Part shown: positions 28,017-42,252 of the stretch, in pieces
Position numbering within the stretch: position 1 is the stretch's first letter
How the letters are laid out: each line of letters starts with the position of its first letter
Assembly: GCF_009914755.1 (NCBI RefSeq)
Contig: NC_060930.1
DNA: 64,000 bases
Source of the DNA: the human T2T-CHM13v2.0 reference genome, Homo sapiens
Reading direction: 5' to 3' (one strand)
Translations under genes and position numbers: made by a program
Notes under the pieces: model-generated
Databases searched by the model: none
Told to the model about the DNA's origin: nothing
Seen by the model: only the letters and a program-made list of their open reading frames with translations

Positions 28017-28966
28017 TGTTGGGGCTCAGAATATGATTTCCCAAAGTCTTGTGCTTTGGCATGGTATGAACTTTAAAGTGTTGTAGGACTTTCTCCTTAG
28101 TTCAGGTAAAATGGGGTCTTTGTCAGATGACCATGAGAGACTGGGCTCACAGACACTTTGAAGGGTGAGAAAAATGGAATTTACTGGGCAAAAAGGAAAA
28201 AAGAGAAACAGGGACTCTCAGCAAAGCAAAAGTTCTGCTAGCTGGCTTCCTGCCTCACAGATTGAATCCCAGTTTCCACCCCAGAAGAGGAGAGGCCAGG
28301 CTCCTCCCCACTGCAAATGGTGCAAACTTCCCAGGGGCTCTGGCCCGTTGTGCATTCCTCCCAGTGCACAGGCTGGTCAGAGTTTCTCTGGGGTCCCCTT
28401 TATACTTGACTGTCTCAAAAAGACACTGGATGGGCCTCAAAGGCGAGTTCTCTCTGACCTTCTGTGGCCCTCCTGTCTCTCACTCCTCTTTCTTCCCCAA
28501 AGTGAGTTCTAGAAACCAGAATTCCTCTTCCGCAAGGCAGGTGAGAGAAACTGGAGACCCTCTTCCCAAAGCAAGCCATAAAATCTACAAAGGTCACTCT
28601 CTCCCTTCTCCCCAAATACCTTTGTTCCAGAGGGATCTTGCCCCATACCCAGGAGGAAGAAACACTACACAGAGAGACCAAGAGGAAGCTGAACAGACAG
28701 GCCTTGCTGGGGTTCCCCGCTCAGTCTATTACCATTACATCAGACCCTTTTGTCCAATCACACTTCCACGTAGCTGTCCATCTTCATGGAACCTAAGCAT
28801 TAAAATAGATCATTTTCCCTGCATCTCTAGGTCTTCATTTCTGAAGGCTTCCATGTCATGTAAAACTTTGATTAAATAAATGTGTTATGCTTTTCTCTTG
28901 TTCACCTGTCTTTTGTTAAGAGTGTTGGCCGTATGCTTATGGTGAGTGAGGAAAGGTATTACACCT
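28017..28966 (+). mobile_element. MER34/MER39-group ERV1 solo LTR containing a nested LTR
   Basis: Starts tgttggggctcagaatatgatttcccaaag; 3' part taaaactttgattaaataaatgtgttatgcttttctcttg. Confidence 0.7.
28079..28417 (-). mobile_element. ERV1 solo LTR (MER48-like) nested in the previous LTR
   Basis: TG...CA ends; perfect 4-bp TSD aaag at 28075-28078 and 28418-28421. Confidence 0.75.
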
Positions 28967-31900
28967 AGATTATAACCAATGTTGTTAACTGGGTGACTTG
29001 GGCAATCAGTCAGGGACCCAGCAGGATCCAGTGGGCTCATTCAAACTGGCTAATTTGAGAGAATTTAACAAAAAGTCTATTTACAAAGGTGTGGGCAGGG
29101 CTTAAGGAAACCAATAAAGAATAAATAATGCAATACCTGTGTCTGGTAACACCGGAGAGCCCTTACAAGTCTAAAGGGAACTATATGGAGAAGTCTGTAG
29201 TACAGGAATACAGCCAATCCTATTACATACTCCACCCTGTCTGCCCCACCCACCAATCTCCTGCCTCCTGTTGGCCAAACTCAAAGGGAAAGCAGGGAAG
29301 ACTGAGGCTGTGCTTGGTCCCTGCAGGTCAGCCTCCCGGGGTGGAGCAGGGTGGAGGTTGGGCCAGCAGGGGCAAATGGAAGGCTTCTTGTTCCAGCATT
29401 CTTTGGAAAGAGGCAGTGAGACTTGACCAAGGAGTCATTCATTCATTCAGTGGGCATTTGTGCCACATGCCAGGCTCTGTGTCACAATTTAATATAGGCC
29501 ACAGCTGTGTAAACCAATAAATGCCATAACGGTTATAGGGGCTCTGACAGAGATCTCTACAGGGTACACTGGGGGCACAAAAAGGTACAGCGCCTGAGTA
29601 TTACTCCAAAATAAATGACTGAAAATACAAAGGCAGAGCATGGGAAGCAGTCTCCACTACTAGAAGCCCAAAAGCACATCAAAGGTCTTTCCAGCATTAT
29701 TAAAGACATCTTAAACACAGTAGCAGCATTTAACCTGAGCTAACATACAAAAGTAACTTCACAGATCAATAAATTAGAATCCATATGGTAAATCAATATG
29801 GTGAAACTATAGAATGATCTTAAGGGTCCACAAATAGTATTCTTCTTGCAACCTAATATTTTTCATTTCCAACTGAGTGTTGACCACAAAGAAGCTAAGC
29901 ACAGCAGCTGGAACAGTGAATAATGTTAAGTTGAGGAGTCTCAGATGGGGATATAATAGAAACACCGCAAATAGATGCCCTCAGAAGTGCTCTGGCTTAA
30001 TGCTTTGGTTGAGCTGTTTAAAAAACATTTCACATAAAGCAATGTTCTTATTGGAATCAGTCTGACAGCAGTTTGTGATTATTTCCCCATGGAAACCGCT
30101 AGCTTTTATCATCTCTTTCAATTATCATTTGTCTTAATTCTCTAGTGTATACATCAACATTTGTCCTTCCCAAATTCCCACAAAGAGAATTCTCTGAGCA
30201 CCTTAAAACGTCAATGGCAGGTTAAATAGAAAAGGACAAAAATCATCTTTCCCTTTTTAAAACCTCTTTTTAATCATTGTGATTTTACTCCAAACAATTC
30301 CCTAAATGCCAGGGTACATTAAATGCCTATCATCCACGTGTTTCAAATATCAAGTGGCCATAACAACGCCACCCCTATTGCTCCCAGGAGGTGGGAACGT
30401 GGATTCCCAATCCTGCCTGCCACCTGTACTTCCTCTTCAGACAGGTAAAGCAGCAGCTTAAGCAGAGGTGGCTGGAAATAACATCATTTTGGATTGGTCT
30501 GTTTGTCTGTCCCCAGGAGGCCTGAGCTGAAATGTCAAATGAGGTATTACAATGAGTTGCCACAGAGAAGCAGCTTTGTTCCTGAGCTCCTGCAGGAGTG
30601 GGGACCCCCTCTATTTCTAAACCACCAGGGCATTCATACAGAGGGGCCTGCCCCACCTCAGACAAGCATTTCTCAGGGCAGGCGTGGTCCTGATTTCCAA
30701 TGTAAGGAAGCAGCCTCCTTTCAGTTTTGCAAAGGCCTTATCTGGCACCTTGTCCAGACAATGTGCATTGAAAAGTGAGCAGGCTTCTTCTAATGAGAGG
30801 CAAATGTTTTCATTACTAGAGAAAAATTCCAAAAATTCAGATTAAGGACAGCAGAAGATTCCATACGCAACTAGTTCATGTTATTTAGTGGCTATTTTGC
30901 AGATATCTGAGATTCTACTTCCCGAAGGGTAAAAAGTGATCACTGAGTCATTCAGTGCATGGAGATAATGGATTTGACTCAAAAAGACTGCAACAAGCAC
31001 AGCCATGAGGCTTTGGGATATTTTTGTCATTTGTGATCTCAGCATAAAGTTTTGTTTCTTGAAAAAAAGAAAGTGATTCTCTCAAGCCATGAAGCTGAAT
31101 TCCAAGATTTTACTCCTAAAAGATAATGCCAAAAAAAGGGAATATTTTAAAATACTCCTTTGCCTACCAGCTTACACTCATGTACATAATAGAAATATAT
31201 TAATTCAAGACCATGTAGCATTTAAAAAATTTACAGGAAAAAAAGCAGGCCCACTCATGACCTAGAAAAGAGAGCTATCGATTCTGTGTTATGCAAAAGC
31301 TTTCTTTGTTGTAAAATTTGGAATAACAGCTTCCTCCTTCACAGACCATATCCTCACACCCATGAATGACCTTAGGCAGCCCATGAAGAAATTACCAAAA
31401 AATGGTGCCACCATCAGCTTGACAAGCATGTTTCTACATTTTTTGTATAAAATAAACCAAAAGGATGCTTCTAATGCCCCATTCCTCTGTGTTTCAAGGC
31501 TACAGTCCTTTGGAGGATGAAATTATATGATGACTAATGTAAATGATCAGTTTCTTTATCACAATAGATAACTGATAGAGTGTTTGGGATATTTTTTATA
31601 AAGTCTCAATACTCCCAAATGCATGTTCCCACCCCAGTGAGCTCCTGAAGGGTTTTAAAACCAGCAGTTTTCTGCTGGGAAAGATGGCTAACCATCAATT
31701 CTGTGCATCACAGTTGTGTGCGTGGAAATGAACAAGGAACTAGGTTGTGAGTCCTCGACTCCAACTCAGCAATAAAGTGAGTGTGTGTTGATGTGTTGAC
31801 GATGGAGAAGCCTAAGCTTTCTGGGAGAAACAAATCCAAAACAAGTAAAATAGATTTATTTAGCAATTTTGCTGCAATTTTGTGCTAATTAAGAGCATCT

Positions 31901-32274
31901 GTTAGTGGGCAGGAAACAATGACTGAAGGAAACTGTTTATTCCTTTTTAGAGGGGGTGGGGGTGGGAGTAGTTGGGGGAGGGAGAGGCACAAAATGGTAT
32001 CTGGACAGAACATGACTCTAGCCCTGGCTGAGGCTGTGAGCACTGCCGTTACGTTTCTGTAACGCCCTCAGTGTGTGCCCAGCGCTTCTGAAGGCTGCGA
32101 GGGGAGTGCCGGGTGCAGTTTCACGTGCCTTCCCCTCAGCCTTCTCCTGTAATTGGCCTGTTTCTCAGACCCGGCCCTGCTTCAGAAAGAGCAAGAATCA
32201 GTTATACATTGTGCAGTGATGTTTAAAATTCAGGTAACCCATGCAAAAATTTCATTTAAAAACAAAGGATCTCA

Positions 32275-34290
32275 GTTTCCGTTCTGGGTAAGCACACTCC
32301 CACCCCGCGCCTCCCACGGAATGCAGCAGTAAAACCTGGACAGAATGCACAGAGCGGTTATTTGAGGAATCTGAAAAGTAAACAGTAGCAGGCAGATTGG
32401 AGAAGAAGACCAGAATTCAAAGTACCTCGAAACTAGAAGCCAGGTCACCATTGCTTTTCCTTCTGGTGTCCTGCCCGCCCTACTCTAGGCTGCCTGGCAC
32501 CGGTGGTGGGCACTGGCGCAGCCAGGAAGCACCAGGAGCAGCCCCGCAGTTCAGGCTCCAGGAGGCGGGGCGTCTCCCGATGCTCAGGGATAGTAGAGGA
32601 AATCCTCACTTTTCCTCCTTTTTTTTCCTTTCTCCGTTCTTGCAAGTAATCCCACTAAGATGGTAGAAGCCACAGTGGGGGCCTGAAGGCACCTAGAACT
32701 CTGCGAAAACGGAAGTTTCCTCTCCTCTCTGAGGCAGTGGACCCCAGAGAGTGGGGTGAATCCTCATTGACTATGTCTGTCTTTCTCTTCCCGCAGCTTG
32801 GCCTTGGACTCAGGCACAGTCACAGGAAGTGTGAAGCAGAGCGTAGGCAAAGCAGGGGTAAAAGCCCAAACTTTCTGGTCATAGATTCAAAAACCGTAGG
32901 GAACTGGATAATACTGGGGAAACTGGGGAGAAGGAGTAGCTTGGGAAGGCAGCCCCATTAACGGATTTGTAAAGCACCTGGGCTCACTCTAGAACTGTGC
33001 ATGTGTGGATCTGATCCTGCCTGGCACAGCAAAGACTGAGAACTGAGCTAATAGATGGACCTCTGGAGCTAACAGACAGACAGACCTCTGCCCAAGCCCC
33101 AGACTGGCCTGGGCATACATGGGATACACATGGGACAGAGGTGAAACCCCTACCAAGCCTTTGAAAACAGAGCTGACATGGAAATTACAACCCACAGGAG
33201 GCTGGTGGGAACTTGAGGCCTGGACCCAACCAGGATAACTGCCTGTTAAAACAAATATATCGACATTATCCACAGTATTTAAACAAAACTCGGCCTTATA
33301 ATATTCAAATTTTCAGGATACAGTCCCAAACTACTAAGCATATGAAGAATCAGGAAAATCCCAACTTATGTGGGAAAAAGACAATCAGCAGATGCCAATG
33401 TAGGCCTGATACAGATGTTGAAATTTTTGGCAAAGACTTAAGAGCAACATTTACAAAATAATCCATGAAGTAAAGGTGGACATGCTTGAAACCAAGGGCA
33501 AGATAGAAAGTCTCAGCAAAGAAATAGGAAGCATAGGGAGCCAAATGGAAATTCCAGAACAGAAAATACAATAACTGAAATAAAATCTCAGGGGATGAAT
33601 TCAATAGCAGAAAGAATTTGACACAAGAAAGAGCCAGTGAACTTGAAGACAGATCAATAGAAAGTATCCAATGTGAAAAACAGAGAGAAAAATTATTGTG
33701 GGCAGGGGGGAAAGAGCCTTGGGGACCTGTGCAGCAATACCAAGTGGTCTAGCATTCATGTCACTGATATTCCAGAGGAGGGGAAGAAAGAATGCAGTGC
33801 AGGAAAAAAAAAAATTAAAGAAATAATGAGGCCAGGCACGATGGCACACACCTGCAGTCCCAGCCCTTTGGGAGGCTGAGGCGGGCAGATCACTTCAGCT
33901 CAGGAGTTCAAGGCCAGCCTGGGCAACATGGCGAGACCCTGTCTCTACAAAAATATAAAAATTAGCTAGGCATGGTAGTAAATCCCAGCTGTAATCCCAG
34001 CTACTCTGGTGGCTGAGGTGAGAGGATTGCTTGAGACTGGGAGGTCAAGGCTGCAGTGAGTCATGCTGTGCCACTGCACTCCAGCCTGTCTGACAAAGTG
34101 AGACCCTGCCTCAAAAAAAAAAAAAAAAAAAAAGGAAGAAAGAATGACTGAAAGACCCCCCAAATATGATGGAAAATATAGCCTAAAGATTCAAGAAGCT
34201 TTGCAAACCCCTCAGAGGAAAACTCGAAGAATTCCACACCTTTATGTGTCATAAGCAAAGTGCTGGATATTAAAGACAACAACAATAAAA
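32275..34290 (+). mobile_element. Ancient L1M 5'UTR plus degenerate ORF1 fragment, with an Alu inserted
   Basis: ORF1-like remnants from about 33300 (gaacttgaagacagatcaatagaaagtatccaat, ggggacctgtg...taccaagtggtctagcattcatg) preceded by a GC-richer UTR-like segment. Confidence 0.6.
33830..34133 (+). mobile_element. AluJ
   Basis: Full dimer with poly-A. Confidence 0.92.
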
Positions 34291-35050
34291 AACTGAGCCT
34301 CTGCTAATCTTGTGACAGACCCAGTAGTGGGCCAGGGTCAAAACAACAAGGTGAGAACGGGCAGAGCCAGCCCGTCCCATAGGAGCCTCTTCCCCTCAGG
34401 CCCCCTCCCTGTCAAGACCCAGCTCTCTCTCTCTGCAAGCCCATCTGCTAAATGTCTCTGGCAGCAGACAGCAGGCATGCTGAAATTCAAATCCAGAGCG
34501 CCAATCTGCCGCCTCTGCAGCATGACACAGAGGGTAGGCTGGGAGGCAGGGGAGCCAGAAATCAAATCAGCTCTGACAAGAAAAAATGCATTATAATTCA
34601 AGCAGGTCCTGATAACTTTTAGGAAGGAATAAAAAATATAAGACAAGAAGGAATAAACACTCAACTCTGGATTTATCCTCTAAGTTATTTTGATAAGTTG
34701 GAAAGAGTGGCTAAACAAATTTGAGTTGGAGTTTGTTCTTAAATTGACATCTTTAAATTCACCACATTTTCTGTGTAGGTCAAAATGGTTCAAATGTGAG
34801 CAAGACTGAAACACACCAGGGGATGGCTAAGAGAATAAAACGTAATATATTTTAGATTTTTATCATGGGCAGTAAAAACAGAAGCCATATACCTAGAGTG
34901 GATCCAGTGAAAGCCGAGATTTTCACTTGTTTTCATGAGGTGGAAACTACACAGTGTCTGCATACGTAGTAAAGTTTCAGATGTCAAATTATGGGTTTCA
35001 TTGAGGTAGCACATCAACCTGGAAAGGAGGGACGAGTTTCAGTTTTCTTA

Positions 35051-35405
<355 letters not shown>

Positions 35406-35736
35406 TTAGAAAAACACTAACCATATTTGTAAGGATTATCTCTCTCTCTCTGCCTCTTCTTGTCTCTGTCTGTCTCTCTCACACACCCTGCCTCCACATG
35501 TATACACACCCTATTCAAAATACGTAAGGTTACCTGGACTTTCTGAAACTCAGAATCCTAAAAGTTTAACATCATCTGAATCAACACCAATCTGCTATGT
35601 TCATCGACTTACTTCAGTCAGTTACCCTTCCCCCAAACATTTACCAGCCCTGAGACGTCAGTGTATTCAGGAGGAAGGTCTGCTGCACCCCTATAAACCC
35701 ATTTCAAAGATGCTTGGGATCCTGAGTTGCTATTAA

Positions 35737-36195
<459 letters not shown>

Positions 36196-38055
36196 TGATT
36201 TTTAACCTATGTTACTTTGAATACTTCTTTTGTATACAGCACTGAGTTGATTTAATTTTATAAACTTTTCCCTTCAATAGTTATATTTCTTGATAACTGA
36301 CACACTTAAGTGCATTTACATTACTTTATTTATACTTTTATTTTGAGGCTTTTCTTTTTATTTTTCCCATCCACTCTCTACATGTTGTCATTCTCAGATT
36401 TTCTGTATTTCATCATTTTTAATAAGAGTAACTTAGAAGTTATATATTCTATTTTCATTTTAGAGTAGTGTTCTCTATAAGTAAATAAGCCAGACAGAAA
36501 AAAAGTGGGGGGAGGAATGGAGACGAGAACAGGAAAAGGGGGGCCTGAGAGAAAACAGAGGAAAGGGGGGTCTTCCCGCAACACCTGCACAGCAATCTCC
36601 ATCTTCCCCACGAGAGAACCTGCAACCCGGGGGTCCACAGGGCTCCCCGAGGTCTCTTTGGTGGCTCTCAGCCCACATCAGTCTCAACTTCATTCAAACC
36701 AGGGAAAGTGTTTCCTTTCCAGGCTTTAAACCAGAAGTCATTTTTATCACGGAAAAGAATTAAAATGCCTCACCTAGTCAGCAAGTGCAGGAGAACATGG
36801 ATCGTGGCAGAAATAATGCATCCCAGAGGCCACAGAGAGCACCCAAAACACAGAGCAGCAGCATCCCACAGCCACCCCAAAGGCTGACAAGGGGACAGAG
36901 GCCACACGTGGCACAGGACATTGATGGGAAGCAAAGCCTTTCTTGGAAACCAGTTGTAGACACTGGATGGTGCTTGAATCCTCTCCTCTGAGACAGGACA
37001 AAAGCAAGCAGGACATAAAGTGCTCTGCCACGAGTAGACAGGCCCAGGGGTTGGGGGATGGGGGAGAGCAAAGCCACACACCATTTATCACATGGTTAAA
37101 GAGTAGCAGCGGTTTCCTCATGAGGCTATCACATCCCACTGAATATGTCATTGGTTGCACATAACCGTGCAGGTATACATATATGTATTTCTCAGTTCTC
37201 AGCATTCATTCATCCATTAACTCTTTTGTCATTTTCATATTGTTCATGTTTCATACTGACCTTTCCTACTCTCTTGCCATTTGACAATGATACAGTATTT
37301 GGTAGTCTCAGTAAATCCTACCTGACAATTACAGATAACGCTCTGGTTCCAGGACATTCCTTGCATGATTCTATATTTATAGAACATTTTTCTGTCTGAA
37401 TGCACTATAAGTTATAGTGGCTGACAAGTTAGGAGAAGCCACATAAAAGCTTCTTTTGAATCTCTGGGAAGCTGCCACCAGGGCAGAACAAGGCAGGCAG
37501 AGTCGACTGGACTCCTCTGGAACCAAAAGTATTTCAACCTCAACCCTAAATGGAAGGAAAAATCCACAGTCTTTATTACGAAGTGGCCTTTTTCAGGGAC
37601 ATGAAGAATTGCTGAAGGAAGCAGACCTTTTTGGAAGTCAATCCATTCTGATTGGGTTTGCTGCTGTGGAACTCTCTGGACTCAGGATTCTTTGGTGAAT
37701 GGGAGCAAGAATCTCCAAAGTTAGAAGCGAAGCTGCCAAAGTGGCAACTGACCTCAGCCCAGGACCCTCTCCCCATTTCAGATTGGAAATAACGAGAGTA
37801 CAGGTGACAAACTGTATAACATAGCAGATCTAAGCTGATGAAATCTCGAATATATTTCTTAATTGTATGAGAAATGACTAATATTCCTTTCATTAAAGAA
37901 AAACAACCTTCCATTCATAAGTAAAAACTTACAATGAAAAAAGCAGTTACAGAATACAAAAGACACAAACAATTTCAAGCTTTAAATTTTACTTGCTTTG
38001 TACTTGTAGGGAATCATTGTTTTTTTTTTTTTTTTTTTTTTTTATGAAAAAAATG

Positions 38056-38160
38056 TTTAAGACTAGGGTTTCACTATATTGCCCAGGCTAGACTTGAACT
38101 CCTGGACTCAAGTAATACTCCTGCCTCAGCCTCCCAAGTAGCTGGGCCTACACTGCACCT
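38056..38160 (-). mobile_element. FLAM/Alu monomer
   Basis: Single reverse Alu-monomer sequence next to a poly-T run. Confidence 0.75.
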
Positions 38161-38908
38161 ATGGTACTGGTAGGGGGTCTTTGCATTAAAAGAGACCTTA
38201 ATAATAATCAAGACTAGCTGCTTCATATTATAATTGAAGAAAACGAAGTTCAGAGAGGTGAAATGACATGGCAAAGTCACCCAGGTAGGAGGTGACAGTG
38301 ATGGATTCTGGCCCAGGCCTCTAGGCTGCTGGTCCCATACTTGCTCCACTACCCCATGCTGCCTCCAACCCAGGTCTGAGTTTTATCTTCCCCAAAGCTA
38401 GTTGATAATATAGACATGGCATGCCCAGTAGTACTTCAGAAAGGATTCCCAGGTAAAAACCAAAATGGCTGTCTTGCACTGATAAACTCAGTGCAACAGG
38501 TAAGAAATCCATGAAATTCTTTCTCCAGAAGATACAGAACACACTAAAAAGTTCACTAGTGGTTCTGAAAATGTCATGGACGATAAATCCTTAGTGAGTT
38601 AGAAAGGAGGATTACAATGTGTCACGGGAAAGGATTTGGGCCTTTCTGATGAGTGGCAGTGGTATATGTAAGTAGGGGCAGGGGCCAGCCCGAGTCCCTG
38701 AATGACAGCAACAAGCTGAGGCCTTGCCTCTCATCCCTACCAACCCACACTGGCCATGTAGCATAGCAAGAAATAAAAGTTCTTCATTTTAATCCACTGA
38801 AATTTGAAATCAAACACCCACATGAATGTTTGTTACTGCATCATAACCTAGCCTATCCTGATTCATGCAAGCACCTACTAAAAGGCACTCGATAAAAGAT
38901 GGTTATCA

Positions 38909-39206
38909 GCTGGGCGCGGTGGCTCATGCCTGTAATCCCAGCACTTTGGGAGGCTGAGGTGGGCGGATCACGAGGTCAGGAGATAGAGACCATCCTGGCT
39001 AATACGGTGAAACCCCGTCTCTACTAAAAATACAAAAAATTAGGCAGGCATGGTGGCGGGCGCCTGTAGCCCCAGCTACTTGGGAGGCTGAGGCAGGAGA
39101 ATGGGTGAACCCAGGAGGCGGGGCTTGCAGTGAGCTGAGATTGCGCCACTGCACTCCAGCCTGGGTGACACAGCAAGACTCCGCCTCAAAAAAAAAAAAA
39201 AAAACA
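38909..39206 (+). mobile_element. AluY
   Basis: Diagnostic ggatcacgaggtcaggagatagagaccatcctggctaatacgg; TSD aaaagatggttatca. Confidence 0.95.
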
Positions 39207-39223
39207 AAAAGATGGTTATCATT

Positions 39224-39905
39224 TGCTGGCGAGGTTGCAGAGAAAAGGGAACACTTATACACTGTCGGTGGGAGTGAAAATTAGTTCAACCGTTAGGGAA
39301 CGCAGTGTGGTGATGCCTCAAAGAGCTAAAAGTAGAACTAATATTCAACCCATCAATCGCATTATTGGGTATGTACCCAGAGGAATATAAATCATTCTGC
39401 CATAAAGACACATGCACGTGAATGTTCACCACATCACTATTCACAATAGCAAAGACATGGAATCAACCTAAATACCCATGAGTGACAGGCTGGATAAAGA
39501 AAATGTGGTACATATACACCATGAAATACTATGCAGCCATAAAACAGAACAAGATCATATCTTTTGCAGGAACATAGATGGAGCTGGAGGCCATTATCCT
39601 TATCAAACTAATGCAGGAATAGAAAACCAAATACTGCATGTTCTCACTTAGAAGTGGGAGCTAAATGATGAGAACTCATAGGCACAAAGGAGGGAAGAGC
39701 AGACACTGGGTTCTACTTGAGGGTCGAGGGTTGGAGAAGGGAGAAGAATGGAAAAATAACTATTGGGTACTAGGCTCAATACTTGGGTGATGAAATAATC
39801 TGTACAACAAACCCCCATTATATGAGTTTACCTATGTAACAAACCTTCACATGTACCCTAGAACCTAAAATAAAAGTTAGAAAAAAAGAGTGCACAGAAT
39901 AATAA
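39224..39905 (+). mobile_element. L1PA15/16-like 5'-truncated LINE-1
   Basis: ORF2 end plus 3'UTR (aacaaacccccattatatgagtttacctatgtaacaaacc...ctaaaataaaagtt). Confidence 0.88.
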
Positions 39906-40662
39906 AAAAGAGGTGGTTATCATTATGAATGTACCCCTACAGCACTTTCCCAATGCCACACCATCAGAGATTGAATGGTAGGCTAGAACAGACCATTGGT
40001 CTTATGCAGATTCTTGGATAGGGAAAGAAAAGTATAACCAAGGACAAGTCAGTGTCAAGATCAGATTCAGGGAAGTTAGGAAGTGCCCAGATAGACCATA
40101 AGGAAATTCCAGTTACAAAACAAATCCTGTTGCATCATGACCCTAACATACTTTTCCTCCTGCCCAGAATTCTCCCGCTTATTCACTAGTCAGTTCAGAT
40201 TCCACTTATTCTTCAGACTCTAGTTTTAGTTCCACATATTCCCTCAAATTTCTTAATCCTTCAAGCCTCTACTATGTGCAAAATAGACCATGCAAAGCAG
40301 GTGCTTCAGCAATTATTACTTTTACTTCCCATTTTATACTTAATCAAACATTTGGTAAAATCTGTTTCAAGTGTGTCAATCTTGTTTCTCTAACCAGACT
40401 ACAAGCTCTGTGAAGATGCCATGTGTTTTGCTGCTTTTACAGTCCCCCACAGAAATGATTCCAAGGGACATTTTTACACTGATTTAAATGCCAGGGAGGA
40501 AAGAACATGATATAATCCTCAGGGCTGAGGACAATTTGTTTTAATGACTTTGGAAGAAAGCAGGGAAATTCACTAACTGGACTTTATAGTAATACCTTAA
40601 TCTAGCTAAATATACATACTCTTTCTTTGGGTGGAAATAAATTATTATAAACCCTACATGTT

Positions 40663-41010
<348 letters not shown>

Positions 41011-41626
41011 TCAAATTAAAATTAAAACCAGAGATGGCAAGTAGTTTAGCAGGAACCCTGAGAAAAACTACAAGGAAGCATTTTTGAGAATTTAAAACAC
41101 TTCATTAAAAATTAGCATTTGTTTTAATAGATTAAAAAGTTAAGTATTTACATAGCAGTTATCATAAACTTTAAGCTAAATCTGTATAAGTTCTCTACTT
41201 GAAATCATTAAGGTTAGGTTTTGTCCAAATCATTTAACAGCACTGAGCTAATTAGTCTATAATATTGAAAGTTAGCTTTCGTAATTCCAAAGACTGTTTG
41301 TATGTAACCTTGCAACTATCGATATTTGTTACTGCAAATTTTATTGGTTAAATGCAGAAAAAGTAGTTGGTAAAGGTGAAGATGAAAACAGTGTTTGTCA
41401 TGGGAGGTTGATCCCACAGAGATGACCTCCCAGAGATAACCTCCTGGTCATAACTGTTCTGGTCTACTTCTAATCATTCATCCTGGATAGTGATGTTGTG
41501 CAGATTCTCTTAAAGTTAAGTAAGTGCATTCCTCCTTATAGGAATTTATTTTACAAGTAAAATAAAGTAGCTTCAGTGTACCTTAAAACATGGTGCCACA
41601 ACTTTTATTTTCTTCAACACATACTG

Positions 41627-42252
41627 CAGTACAAGCACTCTTAATCTGTCTCTACAAAACCAACTCAGAATTTTCCCTATCTGTGCACTCTTGCAGCTAA
41701 CAGCTTGGTTCATTCTCCCACTAGGAGTCATTTGGCTTGCTCCCAAACCAGTTTCTATCAGTTGTACAAGTTATTGAAATGACATAATTTAATTGAAAAT
41801 TAGGTAAACCAATGAAATGTGTGCATAGAAAGAAAATGAGTTCTCTTTCCTAAGAAAAAACAAGTCAATAAAGGCTAGGTGCCATTTCTAAATACTGTGC
41901 ATTAGGTATGGGTGAGGTAACTGCAAAAAAGAATAACAAAATCACTAAAATCTGGAGGTGTTCTGCACTTAGACTATTTTACAAGTGTCAAATTCTTGCT
42001 CCACTTTAAAGAAACCAAAACTGGGAAGGGTGGGTGATATAGTATAGATGGCTTTGGGCAAGAAAGATCAGAACTCCAGCCAGGGGCAATACACACAACA
42101 AAAGATTGGCAAACAAATGTACACGTATATGTTTTCAGTTAAAATAGATGGTCTATGTATATGTTTTTGTGATTCACTGTTTCAATCATACTTTATTGTA
42201 TATAACTGACCAATTACTACAGATTGGTGACTTTGGATATGGGGCTTCTACT
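41627..42252 (+). mobile_element. Degenerate TcMar-Tigger-like element
   Basis: Possible TIR-like ends (cagtacaagcactctta / tatggggcttctact). A broken reading frame near 42003 (TLKKPKL...QER) resembles a CENP-B/Tigger HTH N-terminus. Confidence 0.4.

Noticed and set aside
28262-28879. 205-aa ORF
   Set aside because: Runs across two nested LTRs, has a non-ATG start and no recognisable domain.
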